Shown here: positions 11,528-25,483 of the stretch, one piece after another
Layout of the letters: each line of letters begins with the position of its first letter
Numbering within the stretch: the first letter of the stretch is position 1
Origin: Azolla caroliniana
Lineage: Eukaryota > Plantae > Polypodiophyta
DNA length: 64,000 nt
Reading direction: 5' to 3'
NCBI GenBank assembly: GCA_043228905.1
Contig: JBHGNT010000003.1
Span: 2,294,001-2,358,000 of the forward strand
The notes under the pieces: generated by a model
Database searches by the model: none
What the model was told of the DNA's origin: nothing
The model's input: only the letters and a program-made list of their open reading frames with translations
Translations under genes and position numbers: made by a program

Positions 11528-14500
11528 ATGGCATCAACATCCGGCTCGTCAGAAATGATTCTACGAAAGTTCGATGGATCGAACTTCAACTTCTGGAAGG
11601 AGCAAATGCAGGACTATCTCATAGTCAAGGGGCAAATCGATCCCATCGAAAATGAAGAACCTCCAGAAGGATACAAACCAATTGAGTGGCAGAAGCTGGA
11701 CAGAATCGTCCGCGCCACGATTCGGATGCACCTATCGGAATCGGTATACTTTACGGTGCAATCGTGTACGACAGCATTCGAACTGTGGAAAACACTGTCG
11801 GACACTTACGAAAAGAAGGTCGCTGCAACAAAGATGTTTCTGATCCGGCGCCTCTACAACTTGCGGATGAAAGAATCCGATTCGGTTCAAGCACATCTCA
11901 ATGAGTACGAAAGCATAAGCTCCCAAATCTCATCTCAGGGGACGGCAATCGAGGATGAACTCAGAGCAATGATACTCATGAGCAGCCTTCCCTCATCATG
12001 GGAAACTTTCGCCACAACCGTGTGCAACGCGTCAACCACGGCTGTTAAATACTCCGAAGTCACGAGCGCAATCCTGACCGAAGCAGCTCGGAGAAAGTCT
12101 TTCGCCAAAGACTCAACAGACGACGCTTACGTAGTACAAGGTTCGACAGACCGATCGAACATACGAGGAAGAGATTCCTCACGGCAGCCGAACAATCAGC
12201 GAAGACGGAGCCAGTCACGGGATAATCGAATCTGCAACTATTGCAAGAAACCCGGACACATCAAAGCCGACTGCCGCGCACTCAAGAACAAGAACGACAA
12301 GTCTCAGAAATCAGACAAGAAGAGTGGCCGGCATGAGGAGATCAATTACGTCAGCTTCTCAGCTGATGTGCTACCAAACGACCCGAATATACTATCAATC
12401 GAAAATCCAGTCGGATCAGAAGTTCTGCTCACGACTGAAGAATCGAGCACATGGCTCTTAGATTCGGGCGCGTCATTTCACGTGACTCCTCATCGATCCC
12501 AATTTCGGCAATATACGATCCGTCACTCCGACTCAGTTCGAGTCGGCAACTCGCAACACTGTGACATCATTGGAATCGGCACAGTAGAGCTCAACCTTGC
12601 AGGTGGCTCTACACTTGTACTTCACAATGTCCGACATGTACCCGAGCTCTCAAGGCCATTGATCTTAGTCGGACAACTAGATGAAGATGGCATTCGTGCC
12701 GGTTTTTCTTCGGGAGGGTGGACACTCCACAGGGGGAACCTCCTGCTTGCTAGAGGACCCAAGATACACTCACTGTATCCGTTACATGTTACGCTCAGAG
12801 AGGGTAACCTGTTTTTGGTGGATATTCCTGTGTCATCACTATGGCACAGAAGATTAGGACACCTCAGCAAGGTCGGCATTACGCACCTATCTAGAGCCGG
12901 ATACATCCCTAAACTCTCCTTCTCGGACCATCAATTCTGCGAACATTGCCAGTATGGCAAACAAGCAGCCGCATCACACCCGACATCAGCACCAAGAGAA
13001 ACGAGACCTCTCGATTTAGTCCACTCGGACGTCTGTGGCCCAATGCCGCATCAGTCTCTCGGCGGTGCCTCTTACTTCGTCAGTTTTATTGACGATTCGA
13101 CTCGAAAGGTGTGGGCTTATCCAATTCGCACCAAAGATCGTGTCTTCTCGATCTTCTCCGATTGGCTCGCTATGGTAGAAAATCAAACCGACCGAAAACT
13201 GAAATGCTTTCGGACCGACAATGGGGGAGAGTTCAAATCAGAAGAATTCGTCAAATTCTGCCGACAACGCGGCATCCGACGTGAATTTACGGCACCACAC
13301 AGTCCGGAGCAAAACGGGATTGCAGAACGCATGAATCAGACAATCCAAGAACGGATAGTTTCCATGCTCCAACACTCCGGACTGTCGGATGGCTTCTGGG
13401 CAGAGGCTCTACTCACGGCAGTACACATAATCAATATGTCGCCAAGCAGACCTCTAGGACTTCAAATTCCTCAGGAACTATGGATCGGCAGTAAGCCGAA
13501 TTACGACAAGCTGAGGATCTTCGGATGCGAGGCGTACGCCCTTATTCCGAAAGATGATCGCCGAAAACTTGCACCTCGGTCCAGGAAATGCATTTTCCTT
13601 GGATACGGATCAGACGGCGAAATGGGATACCGACTCTGGGACCCCGAACGCAGACAAATCGTTCGAAGTTCGGACGTTGTGTTCAACGAGTCGGCTATGA
13701 ATCCATCAGTCGAAAAACCGATCGAAGTCCGAAGGGTAACATTTTCCGATGTGCCGACCCTTCAAGAAGGCCCCGCTCTTAACACACGGTCAGCTTCACG
13801 GGTAGCTGAACCTTACACCACCGACTCGGACAACTCTGACTCGGCACAGCAGAATAATTCGCTTTCGGACCATCCGACCTCGATACCCGATGCGACCAGT
13901 CCAATCATACCTCAACGATCCGAGAGACTGTCGCAACCTCCGGAGAGGTATTCTCCTGGAATTTTCTTCACCAACGCCGGCGAACCGACGTCTTACGAAG
14001 AAGCATCGACATCTGTCGATTCAGCCACCTGGCATCTGGCGATGGAGTCGGAAATGCACTCCATTCGGGCAAACAAGACTTGGGATCTGGTCGAATTACC
14101 TAGGAACCGACGTGCTCTTCCTTGCAAGTGGGTTTATCGACTAAAAGAGACGTCTGATTCGACCACCCCAAAGTACAAGGCCAGATTAGTTGCGAAGGGC
14201 TTCCGACAAGAATATGGCGTCGACTTCGACGAGATTTTTTCACCAGTGGTGAAAATGACAACCCTTCGTTTTCTACTCGGCGTAGTGGCAGCCGACAACT
14301 TGGAGCTGATTCAGCTAGATGTCAAAACAGCCTTCCTCCATGGTGATCTTGAAGAGGAAATTTATATGGAACAGCCAAAAGGCTTCGTGGCAACTGGCCA
14401 AGAACATCTAGTCTGCCGAGTCAGGAAGAGTCTATACGGCCTCAAACAGGCACCGCGACAATGGTACAAGAAGTTCGACGACTTCATCCAATCGATCGGC

Positions 14501-15559
14501 TTCTCAAAAAGCGATGAGGACCATTGTCTTTTTACCAACACAGCTCAAGATGGATCACCCATCTTCCTCATCATTTACGTGGACGACATGCTAATTTCTG
14601 GACGTCACGCGGGCGAACTTGCCGATCTCATTCGGCAACTGCGGTTGAAGTTTGCCATGAAGGACCTCGGTCCGGCACGACACATACTTGGCATGAAGAT
14701 TAGTCGGCATCGCGATAAACGACATCTTTTTTTGTCTCAGACCGACTATATCGGACGTGTCTTGGAACGCTTCAACATGCAATCAGCCAAATCTGCTTCA
14801 ACCCCGCTCCCCATGAATCTTCGGCTCTCTCAGCGAGACTGCCCGACATCCGGTCCGGAGGGGGAAGATATGAAGTCGGTACCGTATGCACCGGCAGTCG
14901 GCTCCCTTATGTACCTGATGGTCGCGACACGGCCTGATATTTCTCATGCCGTAGGAGTCGTTAGCAGATTTATGCACAATCCTGGCCGATCGCATTGGAA
15001 CGCAGTCAAGCATGTGTTCAAATATCTGGCTGGCACAAAAGATCACGGCATTCTTTTCGGTCCGAACTCAACCTCAGGCGTAGTCGGTTACACCGACTCG
15101 GACTTCGCCGGCTGTATAGACAGTCGGAAATAAACAACCGGATACTGCTTCAAATTCGGCAATGGAGCAATTTCGTGGAAGTCGAAACTTCAGGAGTGCA
15201 CAGCGACCTCAACGACCGAAGCAGAATACGTAGCTGCGTCCGACGCTGCAAAAGAAGCTTTGTGGCTCGGCCGGCTGGCGCACACGTTTCGGCAAGTCGA
15301 CCATGACTCGGCCCCAGTTGTCTATAGCGACAGTCAAGGTGCTGTTGCCTTGTCGAAAAATCCGGTTCACCACAACGCCACCAAACATATCGACGTTCGA
15401 TATCACTTCGTTCGGGACTGCGTCATTTCAGGGAAAATCGGTCTAGAGAAAATATCCACAACCGACAATGTCGCAGATGGAATGACCAAGTGTCTTTCGG
15501 CAGACCGCTTTCGGTCCCTTCGGCATCAGATGGGCGTAACGACAAACCAGTCCGGTTAG
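11528..15559 (+). pseudogene. Copia gag-pol polyprotein with a single premature stop in RNase H
   Basis: CNYCKKPGHIKADC knuckle, WLLDSGAS protease, HHCC/DDE integrase, YVDDML RT. TAA at 15131-15133 replaces S of RKSTTGY, and the frame stays open to 15559. Confidence 0.95.
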
Positions 15560-15752
15560 AGCCGGACACAGCGCAGGATGGTTTCCGACAACCGACATCA
15601 GTTCCTTAACGATCGGCTTCAACTCTTCCGACCCGACCAGTCCGGTCTTCTGCCTTCGGACCCTGCCGACTCGAACAAAACTGATATGTCCGAGAACCTA
15701 GGTTTATACCTGTAATCTTAGATAACCCATGTATACGCCCATTACGGGGGAG

Positions 15753-15935
15753 TGTCGAATACAAGTGTATAATGGACGTATTCACACTATCCCTTTGTAT
15801 AGCTCAAGTTTGGGCCATTTGTGTAATTAGCATAAATGGTAGTTGCCCTAAGTCTGTCACTATATAAAGTGACCTAGTAACCTTTTCATAAGGTTGGTTG
15901 TATTATTGTTTCTATTGAATAGAAAGTCTTTTGTG

Positions 15936-15982
<47 letters not shown>

Positions 15983-16068
15983 ACGATCGTAGAAACTGTC
16001 ATACGCAGGTATTCAACTCCAATCGAATGCTATTTGATCTTCCGCATTGACGGCCTTTGTCATCAACA
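15753..16068 (+). repeat. 3' LTR (316 bp)
   Basis: Direct repeat of 10517-10830. Confidence 0.95.
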
Positions 16069-18028
16069 CCGTCCACACTCTCTGCGGCGTGTCTCCGTCC
16101 AAAGGTACTGAGGGTGATCTGTTTATCACGTATGTCGCCGTCGACATTGCCTCAGCCCAAAACCCCTTGGGTAATTTCACATGCGCCAGCATACTCCGGA
16201 CCCTCTCCATTATGGTCCGGTTCATCCTCTCGGCCAGCCCGTTCAGTTCCAGCGTCTTCGGCACAGTAAACTCGAGCCGGATTCCCATCGAACGGCAATA
16301 CTCCTCGAATTGCCCTCGGTATTCTCCTCCGTTATCCGCTCGTAGTGCTTTCAGCTTCTTGCCGGATTCTCTTTCCACTCTCGCGTGGAGTTCTTTGAAG
16401 ACGGACAATACTTGGTCCTTTGTCTTCAACGGTGCCGTCCACAGCTTCCGGCTATGGTCATCTATGAATGTTACGAAGTACTGGGCTCCGCCATGTGACT
16501 TCGTTTCTACCTGACACACATCAGTGTGTACCAACTCCAATGGTACACTACGTCTCATCGGTGGTCTTGAGCGGAAGGCGGTCCGGTTTTGCTTACCGGC
16601 TAGACAGTCGGTACACTTCCCCAGTTGTACGTGCTTTACCGGTATCAGGTTGTCTTCGGCAAGCCTCTTCATCCCCTTCTCGCTCATGTGGCACAGTCTC
16701 TTGTGCCACAGCTCACCGGTAGTGTCAGCTGCCACGTTCAGCTCCTCCGGACATAGCCGGGAATTCATCAGGTACAGTGTGTTGACCTTCCGGGCCCGAG
16801 CCACTATCAGGCTCCCTTTGCTGAACTTCATGACACCGTTCCGGATGCGACCCGTGTAGCCTTCATCGTCTAGCCTCCCGGCCGAAATCAGGTTCAATCG
16901 AACCTCCGGAACGTGTCGAACATCCTTCAGCAGCATCTTGCATCCGGTTGATGTCATCAGCCACACGTCTCCTATGCCGGCAATCCGGCATGTACCTTCA
17001 TTTCCCATACGGACACAGCCGTGCTCACCGGCTATGTAGGATGAGAAGTATTTCTTCTCCGGGGTCAGGTGGAACGACGCTCCGGAATCGACCACCCAGG
17101 TCATCTCTTCACCGGCAAGGTTCAGCTCCCTCTCTTCGGTAATGAGCATTATCTCTTCTTCACTTGCCGCGAGTGCCGTCGTTCCTTTCCGGTCCTGCCC
17201 TCGCCGATCCGGACCTCTCCGGTCCGCGGCTCCCCGGTATGCACTGTTTCGCTCCGGTGACTTCTTCGAATCGGTACCGTCGGTTCCGTTGTCTTTCCGA
17301 AAATGCCGACAGTTCTTCTAGAAGTGCCCCAGCTTCCCACAGTAGAAGCATGTAGGTCTCCCCCTCGACTGCGACCGTGTCCCCGACTTCTCCCGTCTTT
17401 GCGGACTCCGGTTCCGTTGTCATCCCCGTTCCGATTCGGTAAGCAGCGCCTTCGAATCGGAGGCCGGTTCTTTATCTCTCCGACGCGCTTCTTCATTTAG
17501 AATACTTGTCAAGTTCTCTTCCTTACAGGAGGTGTTGAGTGTAACTACCAAGTTCTCCCAACTCTCCGGAAGGGTACACATCAGCATGATGGCTTGCATT
17601 GCGTCATCCAACGAGAACTTGATCGCCGCAAGCTGGTTCACGAATCCCATGAACGTGCTGACGTGTTCGACCATGCTCTCGCCGTCCCGGTACTTAAGAT
17701 TCACTATCTTCCTCATCAGGGAGGTCCGGGTCAGAGCATTCTTCCTCTCATACAGTCCGGACAGCTTCTGCCACATCTCATAGGCGTTCGTATCGTTCGC
17801 CACATGTTGCAGGACACTTACATCGACATATTGCCGGATCGTCGCTACGGCTTTCCGGTTCAGGAGCTTCCACTCCGACTCTATTACTCCCTTGGGTATC
17901 TCGGCATTGTCGATCGGTTCGTACAGGTCTCGGACGATGAGAAGGTCTTCCATCTTTATCTTCCAGTCGGCGTAGTTCTGTGAGTTCAACACCATCATGC
18001 CCGGAGGCCCACTACCGCCGCCTTCCAT
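16069..18028 (-). pseudogene. Copia gag, protease and integrase of the host element (frameshifted)
   Basis: NYADWKIKMEDLL gag start, WVVDSGAS, LWHKRLCH, LRADNGGEY; frameshifts/deletions around 17150-17500. Confidence 0.92.
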
Positions 18029-18059
18029 TTTCTGTGTTACCGTCGCTCTGATACCACTT

Positions 18060-18705
18060 TGTTAAACACAGTGCTCGGCCACAACCGAGGAATGGGATCA
18101 ACTCACAGAAAACAGGAAATAAAAAAAAATGCACGAAGACAATAGAGAGAAGAGTACACAGGATGTTTTACGTGGAAAACCCTAAATGGGAAAAACCACG
18201 GGAGTCCGCGAACTCCAACTATCACTATGCGTAGGGAATGTACAATGGCGAGCTGCAAGGCGACGACCTTGAGCTCGCTGTCCTCGCCACAGGCGGCGGT
18301 AATACACAGAGGCAACGACCTCTTCGTCTCTCTCTCTCTCTCACTCTCTCTCGGCTGCTCTCACTCTCTCCCTCTAAGTGAAAAACAGAAAAATGAGCAA
18401 CAACACATAAACTGTTTGCCCTAGGTCATATTTATACACATATGACTTTCGGGCTATTTACAAATATAGCCTCAAGGGCCCTTGGCAAACATATTCACAA
18501 ATATGTCCCCGCATCCGGATCTCTCTCCGGGTACATTCGTCATCCGGCTCCGTAGCCGGGGTCTTCAGCATCCGGCTCCATAGCCGGGGTCTTCATCATC
18601 CGGATCCGTAGCCGGGTACTCTTCATCATCCGGTTCCGTAACCGCAACCGGGCTTGCCGTCATTCATCTCCGGACATCCCATCCGGAGGGACCGAAATCC
18701 CAACA
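18060..18705 (-). repeat. 5' LTR (646 bp)
   Basis: Direct repeat of 7734-8405; adjacent to the PBS. Confidence 0.95.
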
Positions 18706-19602
18706 AAGATGTTATAGCTTTATTTTTTATTTGTCTTTCTCTTTCTCTCCATTATTTGAAAAGTTTTTAAGTTATATTGTGAAAAGCGCATAGATAGAAC
18801 CCAAACTAGCTTGCCTTGCTTCTTACTTCTTGGTCAATTTATAATTGATACATAGAGACCCATTTGGGTTCGGGCCAACAGAACGAAGGTACTCTACAGC
18901 CTCAACGCATGCGCTTGCTCAAAAAGTACTCCGTCCGGGCCATTGCAATGTTAGGTTTAGTTCCAACTTTCTATACATTTTACATTTTTTGTAACTTTTT
19001 ATAGTTTTTTACGTTTTTACGTTTTTTCATTGTGTGCAACTTGTTCTTCTACTACTAAAAATTATAAGAACTATAACAGGATGCCATATACACATTGCCT
19101 CTCATAAACTTACCAGACTTTTTTATTTGAAAATGTATATATGGATGTATGATGAAGGTCTTCTAGAATTTGTGTATATTGAATTACGTAATATGTGGAG
19201 AGTTTTTTATATGTGAAATTTCTTCTCGTAAGCAGTAGATGAGTTTCTTTCCGTAAATGCAAGCTTAGAGTGTCAGATTTTTCCTCTCTACGACCTACTC
19301 ACTCAAGTTCCCATCCATGAAATATCTATATAAGTACCGACAATGTCATAGATCATTAATCACAATAATTTGGGCATTGAACATTACAACGTAAAACACT
19401 AATCACATTACTTCTACTTCTATACCTTCCACAATTATAAGCTTCTATGGATCATAAATCAAACACATAATAAACATAAACAAGAAAAAATAAGTGAGAG
19501 AATCAAGTATAAATGAAATCCCAAAGTAGTAAACAAACCTCAACAGTCCATAATTGTTTTGAGCTTCTTTATTTTTGCTATAGGGTCTAAGGTTGGGTTA
19601 AT

Positions 19603-20209
19603 TTAGGGCTTCGGGTGATAAGCTAAGATCATATAGATCGTCTGCAGTATTGAAACCAAGAGCAGTAGACACGCCGCAATGACCAGAATCAATAACCATG
19701 GGCGAGAAAAATACGTGGCACGAAACTCCACATACATCGGACGCCAATGGCTCCTATAGTCCTCCATTACATCACAGGTCATCGCTTCCCGTCTCTGACA
19801 TGGCCGATTCGAGACATTGATGCACATGTTGACCAATCTGATATGTTATGTCTTACCATGAAGCTCTTCACTCACAGTGCCTTGCAATGATCAAGAGAAG
19901 AGCTCACCAACTTTTGATACAATGGTCCAATGGTTAGGATTCGAGTGGAATGTGAGAGTGGCTTGACTTCCAACAATGCTCGAGGAATCTTCCAGATCAC
20001 TGAGCTTTAGTTGGACTCATGTGTATTAGCATCAACACTAGCATTCTCGATCTTGAGTGTCATGTAGTCTCTCCATTCGCCGTCTTCAGTGATATTAAGC
20101 TCACGAGTGGCATGCGGTCTCTCCATTCGTCTTCTTCAGTGAAATTCTGATCGGTGTAGCTCCGCAATGATGGGGGTGCTTACATGGCGGCTAGGAGAGA
20201 TGGGTTCAT
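19603..20209 (-). pseudogene. DUF247 pseudogene with a large internal deletion
   Basis: N-terminal part (EWRDYM...LLEVKP...ILTIGPLYQ...CKAL) is joined at about 19836-19840 to the C-terminal part (NMCINVS...WRPMYVEFRATYFSRPWLL...QTIY); internal stops. Confidence 0.88.
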
Positions 20210-20839
20210 CGATTTTCAAGTCTTAAGTCTACTAGCTGATTTGCCTCACTACATTCTGACAATTGAGACTTTCAGACTCTTGATCTATAAGTCTGTTGAT
20301 AGTTCTTAGCGATGTTAGATGGTTCATTCCTTGATTTTTTTGGGTTTTAAAAGAGATGCAAAGCTTTGTGTTAACGTAGGTTTTGTTTGCATCGTGCTGG
20401 GTGCATAGTATGTAACCCCAAGGACCTACCCTACGTACCCCCATAAGTGAGTAATTACCCAATATTGAAACTTCAACTTGGCTTTCTTTACTCGTGAAAT
20501 GCGCATCAATAATTCTTTCATGCTCTAGCTCTCATTGGTAGAGACAACTTTATCTCATAGGCAACTTTTACTTTCGTCTTGGAATGTCCGATACGGAGTA
20601 AAAATTTCAGATAATGCATACAACGAGAAACAACATTTTCACAAAGTTTATACAAACCAAACATAGAGACAAGGTACCTTTTAGCAAGAGAGAGAAGGTA
20701 TCTTTTAAAGATGGAAAGACAAAGATTGAAGGAAGGAGGGTATTTGGGGGAATAATATGAACCAAAATGTACTTCATTGGCAATAAACAAGACAATTACT
20801 TATTTGGCTCTTAAATCCACATACAAGACATGCCAATGG

Positions 20840-21210
20840 ATATTTTTATGTTAGCCATCTTGTTCAACTTGTAGGTGATTTGATGAATGTGGGATCAGAA
20901 AGACGACAACCAAGAAGAAGAAGAACATATTGTGCTTTAGTACTTCATTGCGGAAACTACTTAATTTAATCCCATGTCTATTTCCACTAATATATGAATC
21001 ACGAAAACGATTCACGAGAAGTATATAATCTTCCACAATTTCATAAACCAATCTTGGATTACAAATCAGAAAACATGATTCACCATCAGTACATAATCTT
21101 CCACAATTTCATAAGCCAATGTGGATTATAAATCAATAAAACATAAATAATGGGAAATAATTGAATTAATAAACAAAAATTGAAATTCCCGAATGAATAA
21201 ACAAAAGCTC
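20840..21210 (-). repeat. Orphan inverted copy of the 3' flank of DUF247 gene B
   Basis: Reverse complement aligns with about 42310-42650 (e.g. CTACAAGTTGAACA.GATGGC, TTATGAAATTGTGGAAGA); no CDS attached. Confidence 0.7.
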
Positions 21211-23768
21211 AATACTTGATTATGTTAAGCTTCTCTACGATCACATGCATACCAAAAGCATGGATTCGATACTCATTTAGGTGAGCTTGATCTCCATCAT
21301 TTAAAATGTTGGCCAAAACCAATTATGGTGGGATAAGGTAAATTTCTACTCGGCTCAAGAAAATGGAGAAAATGAAGGCGCCAACAAGTGTCTAAAATTT
21401 CTCAACCTAACGTGACAAATGACTTGAGAGAAAGCAAACGAATTGAATCCTCAACTTAATAGTTCTTGTATACATAATTGTTTGAGAGATGTATGTAATA
21501 CTCCAAAGAATAAAAACTCAGAGACATTTTGGTTTCTGATTTTGACGCTCCACAAGCGAACACTAATAAATAAATTTGATTAGAAGGATTTCTTTAAACA
21601 TTGATGTTTCCATTTCCTTTGAATGGAAGCATTGATTTTCCCTATGTTGTCACTAGGCAATATTCTGTTAGTCAAATAAAATCAGCTCACACATTTTGTG
21701 AAAGGCGGAAGGAGATATTTCTAAACTAGAACTTAATAACAGAAAAATTACATAATAATTGCTCTACTTTTACTGAAAGATATACAAGTTTGTTATAGTT
21801 TTTTGTTCTTTTACTTTCTTCTTAAATGTTATGTGAGTATTGATATGTGCTTAATTATCTATTAGTGCTTCTGATTCTGTTTTGCTTCCACCTATCTATC
21901 CCTCCAATCGGCTCACAATATGTGTGTATAGCATTGACTTCCTTTAAAAGTGTTGACATTGTTGTTATTTTGATTCCTTAATACTATATACATATGACAT
22001 ATATAATGCGTTCACTATGTTTAGATTAGCATTTAGAGATCGTGTCAACGTGTTGTTATGTTTGTTACCTTATACTAGTACTCAACGCACAAAGAAATAA
22101 TATTGTAGCACGACATTTTAGACCGTCTAATGGACCCTTTAGTCTGTCTAATGGGCACATAGAGTATCATGAATACATGCAAGAAAGAGTTGTCTTCGTC
22201 TAATTTATTGGCTGGTTTACAAATCATTCATTTCTTAGTCTGTAAACAAACAAACAAACAAATTGGAGCCTCATAAGTAAAGGCAAGATAAGATCAATTC
22301 CATGATTTGGTCTATCAGCGTCGCCGATGAGGATGTGGAAATATTCATGCATACTCATGATCCTTCATCGGCTGGTCACTCAATTCTCGTGCACCCTTAA
22401 GGACCCTAACGAGACCGTTGGGGTGGATCCCTTCCACTCCCTGTGAACGGCGTTCCTATCCTCCTCCAACCTCGCATTGCCTGATTTAGTTTACTAGCTG
22501 AGAAATGTTGTTCCAAACTTGCAACAATAAACAATATTGGTGTCCAAGCAGTGTCTATACTAAAGACATTAGGTGAAGTGTGTGCACTTTGCTCTTGGGG
22601 GAAAAGCTCGGCCTTTAGGGCTCTTTATGTGAAATTTTTTTCTCGTAAATTTTTTCTCTCTGAAACGTTGAAGAAACTGATGCCCCCACAACCACTTTAG
22701 TCATCGCTCCATGACTATAATCAAACCCTGATAATCACTCTATTCGCTCCCACATTGTTGCTTGAATTGCGTCCTGATTATATCTCCAGGTATGAAGGTT
22801 TTTACATCTTTGTAAAGCATGTTTCTCAATTTGTAATTGTAATTTGTAACATAAATTTCAAGATGTAAGAGTAGTTTCTAAACATTGCAATTATAAATTG
22901 AACAAACTCGTGTTTGTTTTCAAATAATCGGCGAATGGCCTGGCATGATTTTGGTATGAAATAGAGAAAGATGACAAGCAATTAGAATTTGTATGAAATG
23001 AAGAGTATCATCTTCCACTCGAAACATGTAAAAGAAGCTATCGATCCATGTTTCTTTAATGTTAATCCCAAAGGTAAATTCCAATCAATACTCTCAAAAT
23101 GAAGACCTTTGTTATAGGCAATAATTTAGAATGTCAACAATGTTTCAAGATTTATCATCACCCATAATACGAGTCACATACCATCCATTCTTGTTCAACC
23201 TTAGATGATAGCCATCATTGACAAGATTCGATAGAGTAATGACACAAAAAGCTAGTAGTCACTTGTACAAATTGAGGTTTGTCTCTTCAAAACGAACCAA
23301 CCCATGGTTGTCTTTTCCCACGTATAAGACCCTCAAATAAAAACAAGTGATTGAACTAAGAATGCAATCTCTCTTTTCCATTCGGAACATGATAGTTCAA
23401 CAAATACGATTAACTTCTTTTGGAATGAATTTCAATGCTCGTTACTAGAAGATAGTATCCTTGAAAATAAGGAGGTCATGAGAACTTCACCGAGTTCATT
23501 GAAAACTAGTGCTCGCCCAACAAGGTGACATTCATATTTGTGGGGTTAGTTTTTGAGCAATTACACAAAGGTCTAGAGTCCTCTAGGAACCCAATCACTC
23601 AAAAAGAACTTGAGCATGTTTAGGTATATTACCTAGTCGTGAGTTAGGCACTGCCCATTTAGGTAAAGGGGTACATAATGGAGATTTCCGCAAAAACTCT
23701 TTCGTGAAAAAACCTTCATGGGAACAAAGAAGGCAAGACCAAAAGATACGGGAAACCCCATAAATTCT

Positions 23769-23808
23769 ACACATACACACACACGCACGCACGCACGCAT
23801 ACACACGC

Positions 23809-23851
<43 letters not shown>

Positions 23852-23856
23852 GACAC

Positions 23857-23905
<49 letters not shown>

Positions 23906-23907
23906 TA
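23769..23907. repeat. (CACATA)n / (CACG)n microsatellite
   Basis: Direct reading. Confidence 0.97.
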
Positions 23908-24554
23908 AACATACGAGTATACATATATACTTTATCAAACATAAGTTGTGCTAGAACAAAATTCATGTTCAACAAATGTCTTTCGTAAAGTCATCTTCCA
24001 TGGTTGAAGTCTTGGATGTTGATAGTTTGTGGGACACAAGAGATGTGAGTCGTGACACCTTTGTTTGCCTCTCTCTCCCGATGTTTTTTGGACAATCGAG
24101 ACTCTAGGGGACACCTTGATCATATTTAACCTTACCTTATTACTAACATGAGTATTAATTCTCGTAGAGCCCTAACATTCCTTCGCACTCAATCACACAA
24201 CCTAGGTTTTGAAGTTGCATTATGGAATCAAAATCAACAAAATATAAATATGTGTAAGATATGCAAGGGTAAGTAGAAGATGAATATCACTTCCTTTTTA
24301 CATGCTTTGCATATAGCACGAAAGCTATGAGGATATATTAAGAGGGGGTGATGACTTGAGTATAATAGTAAAGAGAACACCTAGAATGTCGACCTCATAT
24401 GTGTATGCCTTATTCACACACAAAGACTTTGTGCTTCAAAGTTCAAAGTATGAATATCTTTTGTTAGGAAGAAGACACACATCAAGATAACTTTTGCACT
24501 TAGGTCCTATGGATCAATATTGGCCTCTCTCTATGGACTCTCTCTATGGACGCT

Positions 24555-24556
<2 letters not shown>

Positions 24557-24596
<40 letters not shown>
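24557..24596. repeat. (CT)n microsatellite
   Basis: Direct reading. Confidence 0.95.
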
Positions 24597-24599
<3 letters not shown>

Positions 24600-25070
24600 A
24601 GATGTTATATCTTTGTTTATTTCTCTTTCTCTTTCTCTCCATTATTTGAAAAGTTTTTAACTGACTTAACTAGTTTGAGCCGGTAAGCAAGGCTCAAGCC
24701 CATATGAACCAAGGTCAAACCCCGGTTAAGCAAGCTCAAGCCTCAATCGAGCCAAACCGAACCACCGTCTCATGGTTGGGTTCAAGCTTGAGCCGAATCA
24801 TTGTTGACTCATACTCTAAACTATAGTAAAAAGATCTTAAATGAGACATGTAGATTTTATTATCATTTTTGGGAATCAACATACTATGTTCTGAATTTCG
24901 TGGTGACTATTGGGTGTACATTGTAACCATGTGTGAAATGTGTGTATTGTCCACACTTCCAATGTGCAACTGGCCTAGGAAATGAGAAACATATTGATAT
25001 AATGATATAAGAGCTTTTATATGTTGAGTATTTTTAAGTTTTAGAAATTGGGATAAAAACACACTTTTTT

Positions 25071-25483
25071 GAAAGTCTTCAAGGGCCATCTGACGCAAGT
25101 GAAGAAGCTAGAGCTTGTTTCTTGTTGAAATGGAGCGGTTCGTCGATGCTGGCAATAATGGATGGTAAAGTGAAGTGGAATTATCAACCACCACGGTGGT
25201 TGTTCCCTCGAAGTGTACCTAACATCTAGATGAGTGCTGCCATGAGGAGTGAATGCAGGACATCTATGCTGAATTTTATGTGTATGAGGCGCACGTGGAG
25301 AATATGCGTTCGAATAATGCTATACACATCGAATGATGTGGTGCTTTGGAGTTGTTTTTTTTGTTGTTTCATCTACACATATTGTTTTCCTTCGACATGC
25401 AAGATGTCTTGTAAGATATGAGTTGTAAATTATCCTTTGTACATTGCTTAACTAATGGAAGTAGTTTTTTTTTTGAAAAAAAA
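25071..25483 (+). mobile_element. 5'-truncated L1-type LINE insertion
   Basis: Encodes VKWNYQPPRWLFPR, matching IKWNYVPPRWLFPP at the end of the large LINE ORF2; A tail from 25476; 16-bp TSD AAAAACACACTTTTTT at 25055-25070 and 25484-25499. Confidence 0.85.

Larger units (their letters stand above)
10517..16068 (+). mobile_element. Young full-length Ty1/Copia nested in the integrase of the 7734-18705 element
   Basis: LTRs 10517-10830 and 15753-16068; PBS TGGTATCAGAGC 10833-10844; PPT 15744-15752; TSD CGGTC/CCGTC with one mismatch. Removing it restores RVWTGREVSYRHLKVFGC in the host. Confidence 0.96.
7734..18705 (-). mobile_element. Full-length Tnt1-like Ty1/Copia retrotransposon, defective, host of a nested Copia
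   Basis: LTRs 7734-8405 and 18060-18705; TSD AAGAT at 7729-7733 and 18706-18710; tRNA-iMet PBS 18045-18056; PPT 8406-8415; gag-PR-IN-RT-RH order. Confidence 0.96.

Noticed and set aside
15131-15133. Programmed stop between RT and RNase H in the nested Copia
   Set aside because: It falls on the conserved Ser of RKSTTGY; a single TCA>TAA mutation explains it.
22940-23600. Possible decayed coding sequence on the minus strand
   Set aside because: Short open stretches only; no motif I could assign.
23595-23975. MC/VC/TH-repeat ORFs
   Set aside because: Translations of the (CACATA)n microsatellite.
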